Shown here piece after piece: positions 50,915-57,733 of a stretch of DNA of 57,733 nt. The translations under genes were made by a program, and so were the position numbers. The notes under the pieces were generated by a model that worked only from the letters and a program-made list of their open reading frames with translations, did no database searches and had not been told where the DNA came from. Source of the DNA: Candidatus Omnitrophota bacterium (GTDB lineage: Bacteria; Omnitrophota; Gorgyraeia; JAFGHF01); contig JAZDHS010000032.1 of NCBI GenBank assembly GCA_043805735.1, positions 1 through 57,733 of the forward strand, given 5' to 3'. Every line of letters starts with the position of its first letter. Position 1 is the first letter of the stretch.

Positions 50915-53900
50915 TGCGCAAACCTCCGTTTATTCTTCTGACCTTTACTGTTTCGGACTTGCGATGAAATACGGCGTAGAGCGTGGGCACAAAAAGCATC
51001 GTAATGAAAGTAGAAACGCTCAAGCCGCCAACCATGGTAATACCCAAAGGCCGCCAGCTCTCCGAGCCCACGCCGGTAGACAAGGCTAAAGGCAGCAATC
51101 CGGCCAAGGTGGTAATTGTGGTCATCAATACCGGCCTTAGCCGGTCCTTACCGGCATTAGTTACGGCTTCGTTCATCGATTGCCCGCGCGCCCTTAAAAT
51201 AATTATATAGCTGATTAGAACGATGGCGTTATTGACGACTATTCCGACCAGCATAACCGCGCCCAGTAAGCTTAAGATATTTAAGGTGGTGTTGGTCAAA
51301 ATAAAACCTAAGACCACACCGATAAACGTAAAAGGTAAAGCGAACATGATAATGAAAGGGTCGGCCAGGGATTCAAACTGGGCGGCCATAACCATATAGA
51401 CCATGATAATACCTAACATCATCAAAAGGACCAAGTCACGGAAGGCTTTTCTCTGCTCCTCGGCCTGGCCGCCGATATTCACTGTGATATCCGACGGAAG
51501 TACGATCTTGGATAGCTCTTTCTTGATGTCCTCGACTATTTTTCCCGTCGAGCGGCGATAAGCATTGCACTCGATCTTGAGTATCCGCTCGCGGTTCTGG
51601 TGCTCAATGGTTAAAGGCCCAAAGGCATCGCCGATATCGGCGATGCTGGAAACCCGGACGTGGCTTTGCGTTAGCGGCGAAACCACGGTTAGATTCTCAA
51701 TGTCTTCCAATGTCTGCCGCGAGGACTCTTCGAGGCGCACGTAGATATCATAAGTCTCGCCTTTTTCACGGTATTTGGTAGCAGTCGAGCCTTGAATATA
51801 GGTATTCAGGCTTGAGGCAATGATACTCATATTCAGACCCAGGCTGGCTGCTTTTTCGCGATCGATCTTGATCTCCAGTTCCGGGCGGAGCAATTCCCGC
51901 GAAACAGCAACATCGACCGCGCCGGGAATCTTTTCCATGATCGCCTTAAGTTTACTGGCTACTATATCCGTGTCCTCAAAAGAGTGGCCAATGACTTCCA
52001 CCTGCACCGCTTTGCCGCCCATGCCGGTGATCATTGTCCCCAGGGGGTCGCCGGTCGAAACATTGATCTTGTAAATACCGGGGATAGCGTTTATCTTCTG
52101 GCGTAACATTTGCGCTACATCCCCAACCGACTGCTTTCTTTTATCTTTAGGAACAAGCTTCACTCCGGCGGTAATAATATTGGTGCCGGATTCCTGGCCC
52201 ATCGCCCGACCCTGGCCGGGGACTTCACCGGTGCGAGCAAAATAATACTCCTTATCCGGGATATCCTTTAGGAGCACTTCGATCCTCCGGGCTACTTTTT
52301 CGCTTTCTTCCAGGCGGGTACCTAAAGGCAGATGAATGGTCATGCGCACGTCTCCGGTATCTTCTTCGGGCGCGAATTCATTGCCGACAAACGGCAGCAA
52401 AAGCATCGTGGCAAAAAAGGCGGCCGTAAATCCCCCCAGCACCAGTTTTTTGTGGCGCAGACAAAAGCCCAAAGCGCGCGCATACCAGGCCTCCCAGGAT
52501 TGAAACATCTTTTCCGAGAACTCATAGAAGCGAGCGATCCATTGTTTTTTCTTTTTCGGGTCATAGGTAGTCTTCATCCATTTGGAGCACAACATCGGGG
52601 TAAAGGTTACAGCGGTAAACAATGAGCCTAAAAGAGTAACGCTGATGATGACGGCAAGTTCGGCAAAAAAAACACCGATGACCCCGGGGATAAAAAACAT
52701 CGGCACAAACACGACCACCGTAGTAAAAGTGGAGGCGGAAACGGATAAAAACATTTCCTGCGTGCCGAAAATCGCCGCCTCCTGCGGACGATTGCCTCTT
52801 TCTATCTTACGAGAGACATTATCGACAATTACAATCGCGTTATCGACGACCATTCCGCAGGCAATGGCCAACGCGGAAAGACTGATCGTGTTGATGGTGC
52901 GGCCGCTTAAGAAAAGATAAATAAAAGCAATTAAGAGTGAGAACGGCAGGGTCAAGGCGATGATCAGGCTGGGCAAAAACTGCCTTAAAAAAAACCAGAC
53001 TACGAGTATTACAAAGACAATGCCCAGATATAACGTTGATTTAAGAGAGTCCAGAGCAGTAATAATATCCTTCGAGGTATCAAAGATCACATTGATTTTC
53101 ACATCAGCGGGTAAGATCTTCTGTAGTTCCTTTAGTTTTTTCTTCAGGCTTTCGGCTACTGCTACGGTATTGGTATTCGCCTGTTTTAGGGTCATCATCA
53201 TCAGCCCGCGTTTGCCACTGATCCGGGCGTTTAAGGTCACTTCTTTAAAACTATCTTCGATCTTGGCTACATCCTTAAGATAGACTATTTGCCCGTCGCG
53301 CTTACCCAAAATGACCGTATTGATCTCCTCAGGCGAAGAAAATTCTCCGGGCAAGCGGATCAGGTAATCGCTTAAGCCGGTCTTGAGTTTACCTAACGGC
53401 TGGGCAATATTATTATTACTGAGCGCCTGTTTGATATCGCTGGTAGAGAATCCGTATCCTTCCATACGCTGCCGGTCCAGCCGGATATTGATCTGGCGCT
53501 CTAATCCGCCGAAAAGCATTACTGTGCCCACGCCGGGTAATTGACGTAAGGGATCGCCGATCTTTTTGTCTACTAGGTCATAAAGTTCGGGATAGGACTC
53601 CTCGGCGGTGATACCGAGAAAGAGAATCGGGATATTAGCGGTGTTGAATTTATAAATAAACGGATTATCCATTTCATCGGGGATATCCGGCAGGAAGCGT
53701 TTGGCCAGATCGATGCGGTCACGCACATCATTGGAGGCAGAGTCGAGGTTAGTCCCCCAAACGAATTTCAGTGAAATTATCGAAGTGCCTTCCGCGGACT
53801 GCGAGCTTATTTTTTCCAGGCCCGGAGTGGTAGCCAATTGGTTTTCTAACGGCTCAGTGACTTTAATTTCCACGTCTTCGGGGCTGGCGCCCGGATAAGC

Positions 53901-54047
53901 GGAAATGACGCTGATGATCGGGGGTTCAATTTTAGGCATACTGTCGATGCCGATACGGGTAAGGCTATAGGCGGCAAGGATAATGATGCAGGAAAAAATC
54001 ATTAAATTGGTAACCGGCCGCTTGACGCCAAATTCCGGTAATTTCAT
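50886..54047 (-). CDS. RND efflux transporter permease (AcrB/CzcA superfamily)
   Basis: 1053 aa with 12 TM helices and two large periplasmic loops. ATGA overlap with the upstream adaptor gene. Confidence 0.93.
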   Translation of the reverse strand: MKLPEFGVKRPVTNLMIFSCIIILAAYSLTRIGIDSMPKIEPPIISVISAYPGASPEDVEIKVTEPLENQLATTPGLEKISSQSAEGTSIISLKFVWGTNLDSASNDVRDRIDLAKRFLPDIPDEMDNPFIYKFNTANIPILFLGITAEESYPELYDLVDKKIGDPLRQLPGVGTVMLFGGLERQINIRLDRQRMEGYGFSTSDIKQALSNNNIAQPLGKLKTGLSDYLIRLPGEFSSPEEINTVILGKRDGQIVYLKDVAKIEDSFKEVTLNARISGKRGLMMMTLKQANTNTVAVAESLKKKLKELQKILPADVKINVIFDTSKDIITALDSLKSTLYLGIVFVILVVWFFLRQFLPSLIIALTLPFSLLIAFIYLFLSGRTINTISLSALAIACGMVVDNAIVIVDNVSRKIERGNRPQEAAIFGTQEMFLSVSASTFTTVVVFVPMFFIPGVIGVFFAELAVIISVTLLGSLFTAVTFTPMLCSKWMKTTYDPKKKKQWIARFYEFSEKMFQSWEAWYARALGFCLRHKKLVLGGFTAAFFATMLLLPFVGNEFAPEEDTGDVRMTIHLPLGTRLEESEKVARRIEVLLKDIPDKEYYFARTGEVPGQGRAMGQESGTNIITAGVKLVPKDKRKQSVGDVAQMLRQKINAIPGIYKINVSTGDPLGTMITGMGGKAVQVEVIGHSFEDTDIVASKLKAIMEKIPGAVDVAVSRELLRPELEIKIDREKAASLGLNMSIIASSLNTYIQGSTATKYREKGETYDIYVRLEESSRQTLEDIENLTVVSPLTQSHVRVSSIADIGDAFGPLTIEHQNRERILKIECNAYRRSTGKIVEDIKKELSKIVLPSDITVNIGGQAEEQRKAFRDLVLLMMLGIIMVYMVMAAQFESLADPFIIMFALPFTFIGVVLGFILTNTTLNILSLLGAVMLVGIVVNNAIVLISYIIILRARGQSMNEAVTNAGKDRLRPVLMTTITTLAGLLPLALSTGVGSESWRPLGITMVGGLSVSTFITMLFVPTLYAVFHRKSETVKVRRINGGLRNVGNGDDRL

Positions 54048-55006
54048 TGTTGCGCTCCTTCGCCATTACCCATTTCGACATTTACCGCGGCGTTATCATA
54101 AAGCCGCTGCTGGCCGACAACTACTACCAAGTCACCCGGTTTCAACCCTTTAGTCACTTCATAGGAAGACCCCTGACGTATCCCTAAGGTGATATCTTGG
54201 CGCTGAGCGACATTGTCTTTAATTACGTATACGTAGGTCTGCGGCTCTTTACCCATAATCGCCTCTTTGATGATCAGCGGAACCTGCTGATGTTCATCGA
54301 TAATTAAACGCACCTGGGCAAACATCCCCGATTTTAAGCGGTGGTCGTCGTTAGGAATACTGATTTCAACGGGCGCGGCGCGGGTCCCTAAATCCAGGAC
54401 CGGGCTAATTTTGGTCACTGTGCCAATAAAGGTTTCATCGGGGTAGGCCTGCAGGTTGAGTTTCGCGGTTTGCCCAAGCGCAATTTTGGGTAAATATTTC
54501 TCCGGAATGTCCAAATTCACTTTCACCTTGTCCATATCCACTACCAGGGCCACGGCTGTTTGGGTCGTTACGCTGGTGCCGATATCCACGTAAACGCGAC
54601 CGATGATGCCGGCAAGCGGACTCTCTACCGGTGCCTTTTCAAAGGTCAGGCCGACTTCATCGCGGTCAATATAGGCGATTACCTCGCCTTTATCTACCGC
54701 CGCGCCTTCATCTTTCACCTTTTCGCTGATCTTTCCGCTGACCCGCGGGTAAACCAGTACCTCTTCCTGGGCCTTGATATCGCCGGCATAATCGATGGTC
54801 TGCTGGATGTCTTGAGCGGTTAGCGTCATCACCTTTACCGGAATTACGTTATTGCCGTTATTACTTGGCGGTTCCTGCTTTGAACCCTGGCGACGCAGCA
54901 GTAAAAGAATCACCGCGGCCAAGACAATGATAATAATCGTTAACCCCGCCCTTCCTTTCCCGGTATTGCCAACAAAAATATTGCCTCTACTTAATTTTAT
55001 CTGCAT
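54044..55006 (-). CDS. RND periplasmic adaptor (membrane fusion protein, HlyD/AcrA family)
   Basis: TM anchor, lipoyl/beta-barrel motifs (GEVIAYIDRDE, AGIIGRVYVDIGT, FAQVRLI). The first 21 codons lie inside TIR element copy C. Confidence 0.88.
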   Translation of the reverse strand: MQIKLSRGNIFVGNTGKGRAGLTIIIIVLAAVILLLLRRQGSKQEPPSNNGNNVIPVKVMTLTAQDIQQTIDYAGDIKAQEEVLVYPRVSGKISEKVKDEGAAVDKGEVIAYIDRDEVGLTFEKAPVESPLAGIIGRVYVDIGTSVTTQTAVALVVDMDKVKVNLDIPEKYLPKIALGQTAKLNLQAYPDETFIGTVTKISPVLDLGTRAAPVEISIPNDDHRLKSGMFAQVRLIIDEHQQVPLIIKEAIMGKEPQTYVYVIKDNVAQRQDITLGIRQGSSYEVTKGLKPGDLVVVVGQQRLYDNAAVNVEMGNGEGAQQ

Positions 55007-55069
55007 TGCTTAAACCTTTCTGCCGTGCTTTTGCTTGTTATACATTGCTTGTTTTAGGAAGGGCGGGGT
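54943..55069 (-). repeat. TIR element copy C (127 bp)
   Basis: AACCCCGCCCTTCC (54942-54955) and GGAAGGGCGGGGTT (55057-55070) form a perfect 14-bp inverted repeat, between tolC and the adaptor gene. Confidence 0.85.
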
Positions 55070-55083
55070 TCATCTAAATCCTC

Positions 55084-56355
55084 CTACTGCTGATTTTCAA
55101 AGGCGCCGCTGGCCTTGTCGAAGGCGTTCTGCGCGATTAAATAATTATACACCGCCTGGTCTTTATTAAAAAGAGCGATTTTGTAACTAAGCTTGGCGTC
55201 TTCTAAGTCCAGGTGACTGGCAATACCTTTAGCCGTTTTATCCTTAATCTCTTCCAGGTCCTTGGTAAAGGTAGAAAGAGCGGTTTCGCTCTTTCTGACC
55301 TGGGCAATGGCATTTTTCATCTCCACATAGGCATTTTTCAGTTCCAGGGCAATATCCTGGACTAGCTTTTCCTGAAGCAGTTGCGCCGTTTTTACGTCTG
55401 TAATCGCCTGGTCGAGCTTCGCCTTGGTCGCCCAACCGTCAAAGATCGGCCAGGATACCGTTACACCATAAATATTATAGTCATTCCAATTTTCGGCTCC
55501 GGTAGCTAAATGCGAACTGCTGTAATAATCCCAAGAGGCGTACACCGTGGGCCGGCCATTGGCCTTGGCTAATTCGACACCTTCTTTAGCGGCATTGGTT
55601 TGAGCTTCATATTGTTTAATTTCTGGCCGTTCCTCGAGCGCTAAAAGAAAACTTTCTTCGATCGCCATATCTTTCGGTTCATAAGCAAACTCTCCTTCAA
55701 CGTCCACCTCCACCGTACGCTCCAACGCTAAAAGGTTATTCAAAAGCGCACTCAGCGCCTCCACTTGCCCTTGAGAATCTTTGAGGGCCGACTCCACATT
55801 GGCGATTGCTTCTTTAGCTTTCAAAAGCTCCAAGTCGGAAACGTGGCCGCCGTTATAGCGCGTTTCCACGCTGGAAAGACGCAGCTCGGAATTAGCCAAA
55901 ATAGCGGCGTTGAGGTCGGCGAACTTCCCCGACAATAGCAGCGTATAAAAGGTCTTGCTTACGGTTAACGCCAGAGTTAATTTGGTGGCATCAAGGCTGG
56001 CTTCGGCAACCTGCAGTTGATACTGATTAAGCTCCACGCTATTAATGGTCAGGCCGCCGCGATAAAGATACTGCTTTAAGCCAATTTGGACGTTGGTTTG
56101 GTCAAAATCGTTGGCGTAAAGGCCCTGGCGCTCGGTTTGGCTGCCACCAAGCGTTATCGAGGGCCAAAAGCCCGATTGGCTCTCTTTAATCTTCGCTTTG
56201 GCCTTACTAATCTCTTCCGCTTTTAATAACACCGATTTGCTATCCCGTAAGGCAATCGTCAGGACCTCAGGGAGAGTCAGGGATACCTCTTCCGCCCGCG
56301 CCGTGATCGGAAAGATTAAAACTAAAATTATAAAAATAAGGCCGCGCTTTTTCAT
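55084..56355 (-). CDS. TolC-family outer membrane efflux protein
   Basis: 423 aa with a signal peptide and a duplicated OEP repeat pattern. Confidence 0.9.
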   Translation of the reverse strand: MKKRGLIFIILVLIFPITARAEEVSLTLPEVLTIALRDSKSVLLKAEEISKAKAKIKESQSGFWPSITLGGSQTERQGLYANDFDQTNVQIGLKQYLYRGGLTINSVELNQYQLQVAEASLDATKLTLALTVSKTFYTLLLSGKFADLNAAILANSELRLSSVETRYNGGHVSDLELLKAKEAIANVESALKDSQGQVEALSALLNNLLALERTVEVDVEGEFAYEPKDMAIEESFLLALEERPEIKQYEAQTNAAKEGVELAKANGRPTVYASWDYYSSSHLATGAENWNDYNIYGVTVSWPIFDGWATKAKLDQAITDVKTAQLLQEKLVQDIALELKNAYVEMKNAIAQVRKSETALSTFTKDLEEIKDKTAKGIASHLDLEDAKLSYKIALFNKDQAVYNYLIAQNAFDKASGAFENQQ

Positions 56356-56819
56356 TTTACTTGCGCTAACTCCGGTTCACGAGTCAGTATATCTTTAATC
56401 TTAGTCAAGATGCGTAAATAGTCTTCACGGTCACTTTGGGAAATCCGGCCAAAAATATTAATGATCGTCTTGCGGCGCTGCTCTAACATTGTGCCAATTA
56501 GCTTTCTGCCTTTTGGCGTTAACGCTACCTTAATAATCCGCCGGTCCGAGGGGTCAAGCTCCCTTTGCACATATTGATCCCGGACCAGGCGGTCAATGAC
56601 TCCGGTCATTGAGGGCATCGCCACATTCATCACATCGGCCAGGTCGCGCATTTTACACGCATCCGTATTATACAAAAATTCTAACACCAAAAACTGATGC
56701 AACGTAATCATTCCTTTGCACAGCCCCTGGATTTGCTGCTTCACCAGCTCTTTCATGATCACCGGCAAGATGCTAACCAGCTGATCGGCGAACTCACCTA
56801 TCGGAATCGCTATCATCAT
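56352..56819 (-). CDS. MarR-family transcriptional regulator
   Basis: 155 aa. Winged-helix region ITLHQFLVLEFL...MRDLADVMNVAMPSMTGVIDRLVRDQYVQRELDPSDRR. First gene of the efflux operon. Confidence 0.9.
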   Translation of the reverse strand: MMIAIPIGEFADQLVSILPVIMKELVKQQIQGLCKGMITLHQFLVLEFLYNTDACKMRDLADVMNVAMPSMTGVIDRLVRDQYVQRELDPSDRRIIKVALTPKGRKLIGTMLEQRRKTIINIFGRISQSDREDYLRILTKIKDILTREPELAQVK

Positions 56820-56851
56820 TCTCCTCCTTAAATACTGTCAAATTGGTTATT

Positions 56852-56925
56852 GTTAGCTACACTATTAGTTAGGAACTATATTAGTTAGCTATATTAAATA
56901 TACACTATGCTAACCAACTTGTCAA
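56852..56925 (-). promoter_or_regulatory. Efflux-operon promoter with probable MarR operator repeats
   Basis: Minus sense: TTGACA (56920-25), 17 nt spacer, TATATT (56897-902). Plus-strand GTTAGC (56884-89) and GCTAAC (56909-14) form an inverted repeat around the -10. Further GTTAGCTA / ATTAGTTAG repeats lie at 56852-56891. Confidence 0.6.
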
Positions 56926-56966
56926 GAGCTTTTTTGGGATTAGGTTAAGGTACGGCTAGGAAGGGA

Positions 56967-57089
56967 CTATTTCTTGGTGCTGGAGTCGAGGCCGGAATCC
57001 TTGTGGAAGACGCGGTAAAAACAATAAATGGTCAGGGCGAGAATCGCCCCCCAGGATAATAACAGTAATACCCAACCGCCCGGTTTCAT
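56967..57089 (-). CDS. MetS-like small subunit of the NSS transporter (40 aa, below ORF-track threshold)
   Basis: MKPGGWVLLLLSWGAILALTIYCFYRVFHKDSGLDSSTKK. It has one TM helix, and its ATG overlaps the TGA of the transporter gene (ATGA). Confidence 0.65.
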   Translation of the reverse strand: MKPGGWVLLLLSWGAILALTIYCFYRVFHKDSGLDSSTKK

Positions 57090-57733
57090 ATCGCCGCCTT
57101 TAGACGTTTGCGCCGCCAGGCAATCTTGACCAGTATGGCAATGGTCAAGAATAGCAGCGATAAACCAATTCTGGTCGCCAGAATATAAATTCTATTTTCG
57201 GCCGCCACGTTCCTCATCAAGATTACCGGCAGCCATTCCTGAAAGAACCACATTCCCAGAATAATAAATAGGAATAGTGGTGTAATGTATTTAATGATGA
57301 ATTTATAGATACTGGGAATTACCATATCCGCGCCGCGATGCACTTCTTCCCAGGCCTTGTCCATTCCGAATACCCAGCTGAACAACACCGTTTCAATAGT
57401 GGCAAACAAGACCAAAAAGAAGGTGCCGCCCCAGAAATCCAATTCATCCAGGACGCCCCTGCCTAAAAAGAAAATTGGCGCCTGGCAGAGTATAAATGTA
57501 GCGGCACAAAAAATCGAAACCGCCCGGCGCTTACTAATATCGAATTCGTCCTCCATAAAGGCAACAACGGGCTGGGCCAAAGACACCGAGGAAGTGATGC
57601 CGGCTAAAAACAACAACAGAAACCAGACAAAACTAAACAGTTCCGCCAGCGGCAAGCGCTGCAACACCAGCGGCATCGTCACATAGCCCAAATTAAAGGT
57701 ACCGGAACTGGCCACCGTAAAAATATCAACTGG
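57086..57733 (-). CDS. Sodium-dependent transporter, NSS/SNF family, C-terminal part (N-terminus outside window)
   Basis: The frame is open to the window edge (…PVDIFTVASSGTFNLGYVTMPL…). GGTFFLVLFATIETVLFSWVFG and IIKYITPLFLFIIL are typical of the LeuT-fold C-terminal TM helices. The start at 57715 in the track is an artefact. Confidence 0.8.
   Translation of the reverse strand, partial: PVDIFTVASSGTFNLGYVTMPLVLQRLPLAELFSFVWFLLLFLAGITSSVSLAQPVVAFMEDEFDISKRRAVSIFCAATFILCQAPIFFLGRGVLDELDFWGGTFFLVLFATIETVLFSWVFGMDKAWEEVHRGADMVIPSIYKFIIKYITPLFLFIILGMWFFQEWLPVILMRNVAAENRIYILATRIGLSLLFLTIAILVKIAWRRKRLKAAI

Noticed and set aside
23361-55069. Interpreting the TIR elements as ends of an insertion sequence, or the repeats as a CRISPR array.
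   Set aside because: No transposase ORF lies between or near the arms, since the elements are only 88-127 bp. The copies are 13-18 kb apart, not in a regular repeat-spacer array, and no cas genes are present.
1-57733. Search by eye for tRNA, rRNA, tmRNA, integrase/transposase, phage or known defence-system genes.
   Set aside because: None recognised. All intergenic regions longer than 60 nt were read and contain only the promoters, terminators and repeats listed above. A tRNAscan/Infernal run would be needed to be definitive.

Overview
57.7 kb chromosomal segment from a diderm bacterium (TolC/RND efflux and type IV pilus genes). Coding is almost entirely on the minus strand; the only plus-strand units are 32188-33897, 35588-36859 and 46711-48138. 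Gene order: asnB (partial), a GAF-ANTAR regulator, a TIGR01212 radical SAM gene and mnmG. Next comes an ~18 kb, 18-gene minus-strand block running from 23362 down to 5530. It holds 4 histidine-kinase cores, 8 receiver domains (7 stand-alone, none with a DNA-binding output) and a PAS membrane protein, followed by pilB-pilC-pilin-pilMN(fusion)-pilO-pilP-like. After that: yjbQ, an AdoMetDC-like gene, FAH, tatD and pilT; a decayed nucleotidyltransferase-type TA-like pair; a polyamine cluster (membrane-anchored SpeE-like, SpeH, an extra membrane domain, acyltransferase-3); a membrane protein plus ParA-CBM48 fusion operon; a UPF0016 transporter; a stand-alone MshEN-type protein; an rlmD-like gene; malQ plus a 1087-aa GH94-like protein; a CPA2 antiporter-EIIA fusion; ygiQ; a YkgJ-DUF2156 fusion; a hydrolase, an IMPase and AlkD; a marR-tolC-MFP-RND-PII-like efflux operon; and an NSS transporter (partial) with a 40-aa MetS-like small subunit that is missing from the ORF track. 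I recognised no rRNA, tRNA, CRISPR, transposase, integrase or phage genes. The most unusual signals are non-coding. (1) A three-copy 88-127 bp element has perfect 13-14 bp GC-rich terminal inverted repeats and sits exactly on the 5' edge of three unrelated cistrons. It supplies their SD and start codon and carries two conserved mini-ORFs. (2) A REP-like double-hairpin family occurs at four loci, with compensatory stem changes and one nested insertion. (3) A ~165 nt long imperfect palindrome lies at 23559-23722. (4) A promoter-to-terminator ~90 nt candidate sRNA lies at 35436-35526. At gene level the ParA-CBM48 fusion, the signalling-plus-pilus super-operon and the membrane SpeE cluster deserve a second look. 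All calls come from reading the sequence and the ORF translations by eye; no database search was run.
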